Under the pieces are notes generated by a model. The model saw nothing but the letters and a program-made list of their open reading frames with translations, ran no database searches and was not told the origin of the DNA. From Auanema rhodensis (lineage: Eukaryota > Animalia > Nematoda), in assembly GCA_964057225.1 (NCBI GenBank), contig OZ059899.1, forward strand, positions 8,742,001-8,806,000: a stretch of 64,000 nucleotides of DNA. The letters are read 5' to 3'. Positions 35,101-48,600 of the stretch are shown here, piece by piece. The position numbers and the translations under genes are program-made. Positions within the stretch are counted from its first letter, which is position 1. Each line of letters opens with the position of its first letter.

Positions 35101-38100
35101 TAAATAGTAACTTACGCGAATATATTTGATGTACAATTACCATTATCTTTAATTCCCAGCGTAGTTAGAGTTTTAATTGCTTTTTGAACATCAGATATAT
35201 TATTGAATGTATAATATTCATATGTTACAGCTTGAGCTAAACGAATATAGAACTGTATTTAAAAAAAATTTGATACTTACAATTGAAAGCAACTAACATA
35301 TATTGTGTAAACCAGCCAGGATGTTGCTGTGTAGCAGCAGTTATAGCATCGCTGAGTCCAGTAGATAACTAAAAAGAAAATATATATACTATATAGAAAA
35401 ATAAATTAAAAACATTATACCTGTTGCAAAGCATTCATATTATTTTTAGTTGCTTCAATAACAATAGCTAATGATTTTTCATTAGAATTAAATTTATATT
35501 GGAGTCTTGGAAGACATTGATCTTAAATTTTGATAAAAATTAAAAAAAAAACAATAAAACAATGCTGTCGTACTGTATTGACAACTATGTCCTGTATATC
35601 CTCTTGGACAACTGCAAGAAGTTTTAGATGAATCTAAAGTTCCACCATTGACACAAATTGGAATAGTACAATCTTTTCCAGTCCAATATTCATCACACAC
35701 GCAACCATTTGCACTTTTAACTCCACCATTTCCACATGTCAGAACTAAATTAAAGAATAATTCTTAAAGCTAAAACTGTGAATTAAGTACCTGACTTTGA
35801 ACAATGAGCGAACGAAACACGTTGGAACAGGTTACCAAACTCATCTTCTCCGTAATGCTGTATATAAATTTAAATATTTACTTTATTAAATGCTTATACT
35901 TACAGTAACCATGACTTCATTCATCGTAGTAGTATCTGGACAAACGAATGGCTCAGAAACCCATGGGAAGTTACAGTTCAAACGGTATCTATACTTTGCA
36001 GCATTGTAAAATGTTGCTGAAAACGAGCATTATTTTATATTTAAAATTTTTTTAAACTTGCCATTATAAGCATCCCATAGGCGAGCATGAGTAAGAATTG
36101 GTACACGGTTTTCGTTGTCTTCCGAGTGCAGATATCCCATAACCATATTGTTAGAAGAATCCTGAACATATAAATTATATCCAATAAAACAAAATAGTAA
36201 AGCTGACCACAACAGGATCAAGTTCAGGATTATCACTGAATAATGAAGTAGTGTATCCAGTGAAAAGTTGAAGACTACTTTGTACACGAGCCTACGATAA
36301 ACTTATTTAAAGGCAATATATATGGTAAGCCTACTTCTGCATAGCACATTTCGTTTCCATTAGTTTGTTGGCCTGTAATATCCACATACCATTTACCAGC
36401 AGGTAAAACGTCTGAAAGAATATGATGACGTAGTTTATGTGTGAACTAAAAAAAAATATCAAACTAACTGTCTTCAGGGTCCTCTCCGCCTCCGTAAGTA
36501 GGATCAAATCTATGTTTTTGACAAATATATGGCAAACCAGCTTCACAATTTATTTGCTTCCTAAATTTTTTTGAAGTTAATTTGCAATGTAATCATTACT
36601 ACCAAGTATATCCATTAGGAGCAGATTTATCAAAATAGACACAAAAAGCATCTTTCTCATAAGCAGGTGTTGTTCCATTAGGATACCAGTAAACTTCACT
36701 CTGATTGAGCTGCAAAAAAATTTTTTTTTCTGTTTTGAAAAGCCTTTTTACTGGAACGGGTTGTGCAAATCCTCTATCCCAATGGCATCCTGTTCGACTA
36801 CATAATAATCCAAGCCAAAATGCTGATGATGTATCTTCTTCTTCAACACAATGGTTATGAAATAAACACAAAAACACAAAAAATTACTTTGCAAAATAAG
36901 ATGCTGAATTGGTGTCATATCATCCACAAGAAAACCTCCTGCTTCAGAACAAATGGTTTTTGCAGTATAGTAACTTCTAGGAGCATCGTATTCGATACGA
37001 ATACAGTATTGACCTGATTCAATCCAACCATCATCACAAGCTTAACAAATATAATTAATAAAATTATTTTTTATTATAAAATTACGTTTTCTAATTTCAT
37101 AGAAAGACCAGCCAGAGAATTCATCTCTTGCAATAACCATTGCTTCATGCGAATGACCTGCAATATGTTAATAGTTTAACTTCTAAGGTATAAGTTAAAA
37201 AAAATAAAGAAAAACCTAAAGGATCCACAACATTAATAGTATCATTAAAACCAAAAATGTTTAATTGAATAGTTTGTACATAAGCATCAATTGGGAAATA
37301 CATCTAAGTTATTCGTAAATTAATGTAGATCATATTATAATACTTACTCTTAAAGACTTGGCGCAGTCATAAGACCACTGTGCAAAGACAATTCCTGATG
37401 AATATTGAAGTGGAATAACTCGAATAATCTAAAAAATTGAAACTTGATTCAATAATCAAAACTGCAAGTTGGTACATCAGAAATATGTCCAGGTTGAGTT
37501 GTATATACAACTCCAGTGCTTCCAGCAGCAAGATCATATAGAAGTTCGAAATTATCCTGAAAAGTAGAAATGAATTGATCTAGCAAACGCGAGCCTTACA
37601 GATGTTGCGTTACAGAAGAATCCATTTGAATTTCTTGGTGAATAAGCAAGGAAACCGTTAATGGTTAAATACAAAGCTCGTGAGTATTCATAAGCCTCAC
37701 CCCATCCTCCTCTTTCACTGTTATCGGGTATTGAAGTCTGATATATTCGATACAAAACATTATTTTATTAAAGAACCCACCAAGAATATTTCGATATATG
37801 ATCCAGGCATAATATCATGACGACGAACAACATTGTCTAAAGCACGGTACAACTGAAAAGTGTTGATGTTTTTTGTTTTGATGAATCGTTATACCTGAAC
37901 AGTACAAGAGGTATCAGTGGGAAGTTTAGAACTAAGTTGGCTAAGTGCATGAATGACTTTAGTTGGGTTCCAAGCTGGTGCTTCTGCAAGAATGCCACCA
38001 TCTATAAAAAAATTCAAATGTTTTCACATTGGTATCAGTATGTTAATACATGTTGAGTTGAATCCAACAAGTACAAAGTTTCTGATCCAATTACTATCTT

Positions 38101-41100
38101 GTGACTGAATATCTCGAAGAAGAGCAGCAAAGTTTTGGTTAAGTTGAGTTATCTATGATTTCATAAATTTTACAAAAAACAGTTTTAAGAGTTACCTGAC
38201 CAAATCCTTGCTGTGTAAGTTCAATAGCAAAGACCATATCAACATAGTTGCGAAGTAGTTCTGGCGTAGGTCCTTTTACCAAACAGGATGCTATAAACAA
38301 AGTGAATGAATATTATTAGGCAAATTGTCTACAAATAAAAATAAAACTTACGAATTGTACAGTAGGGATCTGTCCATCCAGGTGGGCATTTACAAATTTC
38401 TCCCAATGGAGTACCACCATTGAAGCAATTCTGAAAAGCTTTTGTGATAACAGCTTAAAAAATTGAAGTTACAATATTCTCGCAATGCTTTCCTGTGTAT
38501 ACAGCAGGACAATAGCAAGTTCCGTTCTGGGCAGCTACTCCGCCGTGTAAGCAATCAGATGGAGGTCTTGGTGTTGGTTTAACTACAAAGTAACTATCAA
38601 ACAACAAAACTAAGAATAATCTGACATGTAACACAGCTGATAACTCCTGCTCTTTGAATTGCTAAGCCATAGCTGTCGCGAGCATAAAACTGAAATAGTC
38701 ATGCTACGAATATATAAAATGGGAAAAGAATAGTTACATTAAAATAAATAGTTTCGTCTGGAACTTGACAGGTGAAAGGAGGAAAATAGAAGTTGTATGT
38801 ACATCCATCTCTCCAAATACCATTAGAGGAGTATATCTAATAACATTGTATTTCAGAGAGGATTAAGCATCCATTTTCTACCTCATGTGGTTTATCATCC
38901 CGATTTGTATACATTGTAAGCTCAGCGCGAACTTTTTGTTCACTAATAACTCTAAGATTTGTCAAATGAGCAACCATGGAAACATCCAGTCCTTAATGAA
39001 AATAGTTTTTTATCTAAATTAAGGAAGAAGCTTTGTACCATAAACTGGTTGGAAGAGCTCTGCGTCACTCTCGAGAGCAGCACTAAAAGCCCAGAAAAGA
39101 TCATAGTAAGGAGGATTTAAAGCTATAGAATATTATGATGAATAGTGGAAATGAAAAAAAAAATAACGAACTGTTTGGTTCTACAATATTTTTTTGGAAA
39201 ATCTTGAAATTACAAAAACTAGTGTTTGTACTCGTGGAAAAGGTAAAGAACCAATTACCAATCATAGGTCTATTAAGTCCCCTAAAAATAATTGCGGTAA
39301 ATATACATATAAGCATAATTTACCAGACAGAAGTTTGATGATCAGTATAATACTGGATTGAATCAACATATTCTCCAACTGGATTATATATAAGTACATT
39401 TACATCGTCTATAAAATAATTATAATATGCATATAACTTTGAATTAAATAAAGAATTATTACCTCCGGTTGCAACAATCACAAGTTCATCTATTGTTTCA
39501 TCAATTGATACTGTGTTGTATGTATGTTGATTATTACAAATCTGAAGAAAATATGCTTTCTCTTTGGAAACAATTCAAAACTATACTCTTAAATCATTTG
39601 AGTAAACCATCTGAGAACGATAAACAGTATTATAAATGAGAATATATACTAACTGAAAAAGAAAGAAAACAATAATATAATATGAAAAACAGTATTTCTT
39701 ACAAGATTATATGCACTTGATTCATCTCTATACATAAATGTCATTCCTCCACTCTTTTTAGCAATAGTATCCATTGTTTGATAACTAGGATTTTCAGGAT
39801 CCAATTGACATTCTCTGGTCATTCCGGTTACATAGATGAAGTTGATCTATGTGAAAATATTAATTAAATTTTATCTTTTTTTTTTTGACAACATACTGGT
39901 ACTCTCCAGAGTGACAATTGTAGTAAAACTTGCTCGGTTAAAGCTAAATCGTTCGGAACAGCATCAGTAATCAAATAAAGTGGAGATTTATTTTCAGGGT
40001 ATAAAGATAAAGCTGTGCTGAAAAAAACGCATTTTTGAGTTATAATTAAGGAAGAAAAACTAATTATGAACCTTAAAGCACTCAGTACTGAATCATCACA
40101 ATTTCCTGATTCATCTGTAGAATTAGATGCAGTTGCAAGATAAGAAAGCATTTCTTTACGGTTTGTAAATCGGCGATTGAGGAGAATATCTTAAAATTGA
40201 TTAAATTAGATGAATGATAAATATTATAAATACCTCCATTGTTGAAGAAGACAAGAATAAACGATCTAAAATAGTCTGGATCCTCATCATCAATGGTACT
40301 CAGTGCATTATTAATACTAAGATTAATCTGAAACCATATTTCATTAATAGATCTAGTCAAATATTTCTTCGAACCTCATTAATAATAGTGTTCATTTGTT
40401 TACGAGTTCGCACAACAAACATCAGTGATGGATGGTCAGCATCAAATCCAACACCAGCATTATCAACACATGTAACTTTAAGAAACATAGCGTTATACGA
40501 ATTATTCAAACGAATTTAACAAATGATTAACTTACTCGATTCGCAGAATCGTCCTTCATAACTATCAGGACAGTTACATGTATTGCTTGCAGTTCGAGTT
40601 CCTCAAAAAAAAAAGATTATTTAAGAAAATAATATGTTATAATAGTAAAGTAATTAATGAAAATACAAACCTCCATTCAAACATACAATTTCTGCACATT
40701 GTACTCCTCCCCAATTACCAAGACAGTAACAATAAGAACTGTTATCCAAATTTTTTATATAAACACCATGGTTATAACATCTAGAATAGAGCGAATCTTG
40801 AAATATCCTTAAGTTCTTTGAAACTTACTTGTCAACGATTGGTGCTGGAGTTGAAACAGGAGCTCCAGTAGGAGCAACGCTATTACAAGTGAATGGAACA
40901 ATACGACGGAATGTGTTTCCTTTGAATGTCATTCCTTCGAACTACATATTTCATTATAGTTACGGTTACATATAAGAAAATCTAATATACCTGCATGTAA
41001 TAGTTTCCAGTTGATGTACAACTGAAAGTTGTGTAATATTCGAAAGCACAATTGAAACGCTCCAATAAAACATTAGGCTGATAGATAACCTATAAATATG

Positions 41101-42260
41101 AAGTTTTTTTCAAATTATAATTTATTTTAGAAAAATTTACATTATCTTCTCCGAAAATATTAACAACGATCAATTTTGAAGCCCCTGTACGTAAAAACAT
41201 ATGAGCAACAAGTGTGGCTTCAACACCATCATAAACGATATCAACTGGGAAATCATCACTGAATTACATTAATTTATTATTAATTGAGAGGTTTTTAAGG
41301 TATTTTTCTATTATAACGCACTATTTTCCTTCCTTTCCTTCGGTAAATCCCGCAACAACTGATATAACAGTATTAGCTTGAATAATCAAGTTACAAGAGT
41401 CGGATTTTACATCAGCAGATGGTACGATAGTGTATTTTCCAGCCGTTAGGTCAGTGAAATAGCCCTTTATATTGATTATTATGATTAAAACTGATGAAAT
41501 GATTGATAACTCACTTCATAGATTCTACTAGTTTGTCTCATAATTGAATCTGGTGCAATTACTTCACCTCAAAATATAAAAACATTTTGTTTGATCTTGT
41601 TTAAACTCTAATTACCAGTGGGTGATAATAATGTAAACTCAGGATGGATAGCATTGTCAGTTTGAACTTGAATTCGACTTCCTATCAATGATTCATCGAC
41701 ATGATAAACGTATTTTTGAGAGCAATTGAGTAGTCGAGCAGCATCAATGATTGCTCCCTAAAAAATTTTAATTTTTTGTCTTCAACTAAATATCGTACAG
41801 CTCCAGTTTCGGTTTCAGGTGCTTGAATTCTTCGGTTAGTAGAGTCACAAACAGCTTAAAAGACATGTATATAGAAAGATTAAGATGGACCATTTGTGAA
41901 TGCTTACGATAAATACAATGATCACCAGTATGACCAGGAATTTCGCAGTTAGATCCGGGCACCAACGATTGTAGCACCGAACGTTTAGGAATTGAGGATT
42001 CCTGAAAATATTTCTTTTCACCTTATTATCTAAGTGATACTATTTTACTTTTGTGATATCATCCTTCTGATGTACTACTGTAGCAGGCTTAGCTGCATCC
42101 CACGTTTTTAACACTGAAAATAAGATACATATATATCAAAGTTAAAAGAAATGTGTAAATCTTAGTTGAGAAGTTTTTAGAAATATTTACCTGCAAGAAC
42201 ATGGTCGACATCTGTAGCCAACGTAGCCACTACAAAGAGGGCTAACAGCCACAAACGCAT
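32166..42260 (-). CDS. irg-7: IRG-7-like secreted multidomain protein (EGF, VWA-like, C-type lectin, Ser/Thr mucin tract, C-terminal VWA), paralogue A
   Basis: Signal peptide MRLWLLALFVVATLA; VWA-like KSPLYLITDAVP; EGF CVNGG..CSCPRGYTGHSC; CTLD CDDGW..FWLGL..CVYF..W..C; mucin repeat; DVTYLLDVS VWA; ends SGIYCGN*. Family-level call only: orthology to irg-7 versus its paralogues is not established. Confidence 0.85.
33260..33650 (-). repeat. Coding tandem repeat, 14 units of 27/30 bp, encoding (IS/SSA)TTAAPST mucin-like tract
   Basis: GGTGGAAGGA core recurs at 33272, 33299, 33329, 33356, 33386, 33413, 33443, 33470, 33497, 33524, 33551, 33578, 33605 and 33632. Confidence 0.97.
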
Positions 42261-43429
42261 GCTCGGATTGGTCTAGCTTCTCCTACAAACTTTTATACAA
42301 AATAGTTTCAAATACGGATTATAATAAATTATGTGAATATAGTATTATATTATTATATTTCAACATAGTTCCAATTATAAAAAAGTTTGAATACGATGCA
42401 TTTCAAAAGTAGTGTAAGAATCATCAAAAGAAATACAATTTAAAAAATCACATATTATAATAGTCATATATTATATAGAATTATTATAATAATGCAATAA
42501 ATAATAAAATGATTGAAAATAGTGATATCACTCTTCTTTAAGCTTTAGCTACCGAATACTGCTTATCAGATAGTCAACGAAGGCTGTAAAACTACGTGGA
42601 TTGCAGTTTCAATTTGTCTGGCTAAGAAACTCAAATGAGAAAGATCTTTCAGGGAAAAAATCTTTCTATTTTTCGAAATTCACTAATTATAAATAGCAAT
42701 TTGTATATATACATAGATGTATATATACCTTATTTTACTTCCAACAATATTATATAATTGATTAAAGCCTTGTAGTAAAGGTAAGATACATATAAATCTT
42801 TGATATGAAAACTATGTCAGCTATTTTTCAAATTTTTGTATAAAAATATTCTTAATTTGTTCAAATCCCTGCTTATTGTCAGCTTTTAACAGTTTTCTAT
42901 TTAGATTGTGTCTTAAGCAATAATTTGGCAATCGTAACTTGTCCTTTGATAAGAATACGAAGGTGTGGTCAGAGTAATTTAATTATAAAAGTTAAAATGT
43001 GTTTCAGATAAAGAAAAATTAAATAAATTAGCATAATAATTAAATAAAAATAATTTTATTGAAATATTTAAAAACAATAAAAAGAGCTTATATGTAACTA
43101 TGATAGACATAGAAGAAATTTAAAAATAATTTTTATTAATTTTATAATTTTATTTATAAACAATTCAAATAAACATGTTGCGATTCTGATGAAATATTTC
43201 CACATTTGAACCACTTAATGAAACATCTATGCTTGTATTATAAACTGAATACTTTGAAAAACCAACAAATGAAATTTTAAAAATTATTTTTTATCATAAT
43301 CATATCCTTTTATGTTATAAAATCCATATATAAGGTCAATAAAATGCAATAAACTAACGAATGGATGTTTGATAAAATTCTTTTAGAGTTGATAAAGTTA
43401 GTAATCATTGTTCTAGCATAATGAACTAG

Positions 43430-43483
<54 letters not shown>

Positions 43484-43946
43484 TTCAGTTTAATTTATAT
43501 ATTTATATATTATAATTCATATATTATCATGTTGTTGTTAAACAAAATTCTAGAAAATCCATTAATTTTGATTTGAATCAATAATGAGATCTATTTCATA
43601 TTTTTTTTTTATTTGATTGTATAAATATTTATAAAAATTTTCTATATTTATAGAGAGAAAGAATATTTTTAAAGAGAAATATATAAAATAAATTAAAAAA
43701 AAAATTGTAATATTATCATAGAATATTTTTATGTTCATTTGAATTATTATCTTTATTATTTTAATGACTTTTAGTGGGATGGACTAGTCATTTCTGAAGC
43801 TATCAACGAGTTTTGGTGTGTAAGTCAAGAGTGTAAAAATTGTATGAATATTGTCTTTTTATTTTTAATTTGTAATTATTATAATACTTAATTTCACATA
43901 TCTAAGTTTTTCAATTATTATGTTAAATACTACAATTGCAGGAGAG
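42261..43946. promoter_or_regulatory. Shared divergent promoter region of the two IRG-7-like genes, containing TGATAA (GATA) sites
   Basis: Head-to-head ATGs 1.7 kb apart. TGATAA/TTATCA at 42563, 42947, 43291, 43370, 43390, 43524 and 43713. Confidence 0.55.
43432..43478. repeat. (TA)n microsatellite between the IRG-7-like genes
   Basis: Visible dinucleotide run. Confidence 0.9.
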
Positions 43947-45653
43947 ATGCGTCTCTTCTGGCTCGCCGTCTTATGGGCGGTTGCTTTTGCTGAGCCAGAT
44001 TCAGAATATTTTAAAATTAAGCAAAGTAAGTTTTACCAAACTCATTATAATTTAAAAAACTTTGTTTGTAGTACTAAGGTCTTGGGATCCTGAAGCTAAT
44101 TATCATTTAGAGCATTTTGATGCTATTCGCCCACAAGTAAGAACAATAGCGAATCAGTTGTTTGATTGTTCTTCTTTAAGGAATTACAACCTGAAACTGA
44201 CCACATTCGTTCAAAGAGATCTGTTGTTGTTAGTGGTAATTCCGAGAGCGGGAGATGTAGAACTCCGGGATATACAGGACCAGGCTGCCGGTATCGTAAG
44301 TATTAATAATATTTGACATATGAAGTTAAATACTTTATGAATACTTAAAAATTATATTCTTTAGCAATCTGTAGCGTTCAAAATCCTCAACCAGAAGATA
44401 ATCCACAGATGGATGGAGAAGTAAGTTTTTTAATATAAAAAATTTATTGAAATTTATTAAAATTAAACAAAATAATTTTCAGGGAGCTACTATTGATTCT
44501 GCCATCTTGTCGAATTGTTCTGCAAAATATATGATATATGTTGATGAAACAATGAAAAATATTCGTATAGAATTAGAAACTGACGGAGCAATTAATCCAC
44601 TATTTTGGATAACAGATGAAGATGGTATTTTCCTAATTAATATTTCTTTTAAATATATTCAATTTCAGGTGGTGTTTTTATGCCATCATCAGTAAAAGAG
44701 CTTCCTGATCAATATAATGTTTGTTTAAAATCATTTACATATTGATTTTAAAATATTGGGCTTTTAGGCTTTCTTTGAGCAACTTAATGCTGGAAGTTAT
44801 ATTGTTGTACCATCAGCTGATGTTAAAACACATTTTTGCCAACTAACTGTTCGGGTAAATAAAAAAAATAATTTTTGATTCTTAAAAACATTTTTAAACT
44901 TTAAGGCTCATACTTCTCTGAATGTTGGTGGAGGATTTGTGAATAGTGAAGGAAATCAGCCGGAAAGGAGTGATTTCCCTGTAAGAGGATTAGTTTATAA
45001 GGATCAGAACGCTGTTGGAATATTTCATGGTAATGGACTGAAACTACCTGCTAGTTTAGATACAATTTCATTCAGTGGAGGAAATAATGTATGATTGAAA
45101 ATAACTTTTAATTGGATTAATTGTATATTTTACAGAATGCTTATCGTGTTTATGATTTGAATCATCGTTATAATTGCTCATATGAATACGTGTATGAGTC
45201 GTTTTTATGTAGATATACGGGTGATTTTCTTTATTATGTAAGATTATTAAAATTATTTTTTTTATATACTTAATAAATTTATTTCAGATTCAAGGTACGA
45301 CATACCAAGGAAATACTTTCCGTCGTGTCTATCCTTATACATGTGCTGGTAAGTTTATATGTTTAACTATCCATATATAACAATATTGAACAACAGTAAA
45401 GAAATTCACACTAGCATAAGGAGAGAAAGAGAGAGATAGATAGAAAATTAATTAAAATGAAATCATAAAAGTTGATCATAAAATCCTTATCTTTCGAATA
45501 TGTAATACGCAAGAGTTTATTAGATCTTATCTGAATGATGCTTTAGGAGCATAGTTTGTTATAATGCGCACAACTATAATGGAACAACTAATTTATAAAG
45601 ATAAAGTTGAAGTTAACAGCTTAAAACATAACAAATAAAAAATTTAATTTAAA

Positions 45654-45686
<33 letters not shown>

Positions 45687-48600
45687 TTAAAACATACAAT
45701 TTTTAGTTGCCGCTCCAACTGATGCTCCATCAACCACAACCCCAGCTCCTATTACCGGCTGTCTGCATGATGGACTATTGGTATCTATTTGAATTATCTT
45801 ATGTTTTAATCAATTTTTAAAATACTAAGATCACTAATCTTGATGGCAGTTCTTACTGTTTCTGCGATGATAAATGGACTGGTCCTAACTGTAATAAAAT
45901 TGTTTGTTTCAATGGAGGTTACAAATAAACAAACTTATACGTTAATAATCTTCAAATTAATTTAGGTACTGTATCAGATCTAAATGAATGTTTCTGCCCA
46001 AGTCAATTTGAAGGAGAACATTGCGAACACAGTACGAAGTGTATTTTTTTTTACTAATTTTGGAATATATTAAGTGTTCTGTGATGCAAACCAAGGATTT
46101 GAGTTCGATGCTGAGCATCCAACATTAACATTTGTTATTCGTACTTCAGTTCAGACAAGAGATCTTATTTCTGCTGTAAGTTTATTATATAACATATTTA
46201 TTAATTATTATTGATTATAAATAATTGTAATGTGTTTTTTTTAGGTTGCCAACTCAATTCAATCAGTTGTTAATTCACTTGTATTTGATGATGGATATTT
46301 GAGTAGCTTTATTACTGTACTATTCAACAACCAATGTAAAACAAAATTATTTTAGTTATAAAAAAATTAATTTTAGCTATTATACTTAATGAGCGTTATA
46401 CAAAGTATGAAGATCTTATTCAAGAGCTTCAATTCCGTTCTCATAATGATTATGTTGAAGAGAAATGTACTGATATAGTATTCGAGTCTATCAGGTTTGA
46501 AACTAATGCATCATATATAATATAAGTGTAATCATATATTTAGTACTGCTCTCAACTTATTGCCTAATTATAAATCTCCTGTTTATGTTATTACTGATGC
46601 TCTACCTAGTGATATTGATTATGCTATGGAATCCTTTTTCCAATCGGCTCTCTACAGAGCTCCTGTGAGTTATAAGCTAAAATTCATCTTAAATTTCTGT
46701 TTCCAAAATATGATTTTTATATTTTTTGCAGGTTCACTTTGTAATGGTTCAGCCGCAACCACTTTGTAGATTCCAAAGTGATAGCAGTGCTTACATGTGA
46801 TATTCATACATATTTGAAATTTGTTTTTATATAATATTATAGAAAAATGGGTGAGATGGCAGCAAGAACAACAGGAGAGATATTCTATCTTGATAATAGA
46901 AATAATTTGGAAAACTTCTTAACCACACATATGAATAATAATCTTTATAAGTCTCAGCTTATGTATAAATTTGACTTCCCTGTAAGGAATCTTGATAGAA
47001 CTATAGTCATAATAACTTTATTTCAAGACTTGTGCCGGACAGCTTCCATACCAAACTGTTGCAGTTGATTCGTCAACATTGGATTTATTGACCATTATTG
47101 GAATTGGAAGTAAATCTTAGCAAACATGCTGTATATGTATATACGTCCCGTGCTCATTTTTCAGAAAATCTTAAACTCAATGTCACAGCACCAGAGGGAT
47201 ATGACTTGTCTGCATCAATTGTCACTGCCTATCAAGATGGTACCAATAACATTTGGACTATCAATGGTCTTCAAACTGGAAATTTCTTTTTCCGTGTCAC
47301 ATCTGATGATGACAGCACTCCTTGTTCTTTGAAGATTTATCAGCAATCATATAAGCAAAAACGTACTACAGTACTATCTATGGTAATACAGTATATTTCA
47401 TTTCAGCTTCAAGTGCTCAACATGATATCTTCTATGCTTTCACTGAAGCAATTCACGTTGATGGATTCTATTTAGAGCCTCTTATTGGTAATTTTTTTTT
47501 ATTTGTTAACTATGAGAATATTATGAAAACTTAAGGAGTCACTCAATCTGTTGCATTCCATATAACTGAATTCCCGTTTGTTCCTGAAGAGTTTATCAGA
47601 TCTGCATTAGAGGTTTATGCTGTCAGAGACGGAGTACAACAACAGGTACATTAACTACAAATAGCAATAACTGAAATCTATTTCAGGTTTATGCTTCAAG
47701 TGGTTTTTATCGTGATGGCTGTAGTTATCATTTCTATTTCCCTGATTTCCATTGCCAAGTTCCTAATGAAATTATGAATTTCAATGTAAGCTCTTTATTA
47801 TGAAAGTTGTTATTTTTAAGACAACTATATTTCAAGTTCTTTGTAACCGGAAGTCGTGGGTTGGCTATTCAACGAGCTGGAACTTTCACTTGTACACTCA
47901 GTACGAATCATTTGAAATGTTTTCAAAATTACTAGTTATTTTTTAGTTCAACCAACAAATAAGCCTCCAGGATCATGTTTGAATGGAGGAATTCCTAATG
48001 CTCAAAATTCATCTTGTTACTGCCCAATGGGATACACTGGAACTCATTGCGAACAACTAGTCATACAAATTGATGTAATGGATAATTCGAATTTTTACTT
48101 TAGGTTTGCTTCAATGGTGGTACACCTACAGGACAAATGTGTAAATGTATTGCTGGATATGCTGGAACATTCTGTGAATTTGGTAAAATAATATAATATA
48201 ATTGTTTGCATTCTGATGTGTTTAGTTGCTTGTACTGCACAAGGAGCTTCTCCTGAATTTGAACTTCTGTACGTTGATATGATATTCGCTGTTGAATTAA
48301 CTCAGATTGGTTTTGCTCAAGTAATTTTCATAATATATAGAATCCTAAGTTTCATATTGATTTTATAGGTTGCACTTCTCAATAAGGAATTCCCCAATTT
48401 GATTAAGGATATTCAAAGAACTAACCCCACTTGGATTGGAAGATATGTATTGGTCGGATTCAACAGCACATGTAAGTTGTTTATCAGCAGTTTTCTCTTC
48501 AGCATTGTTTTTAATTAAGGGGGAGATGTCTTGGCTGTTGCTCCTGGATATGATCCATCAAGAGTTATTAGTAAATTGGAAGAAGTTGCAAACGCATATC

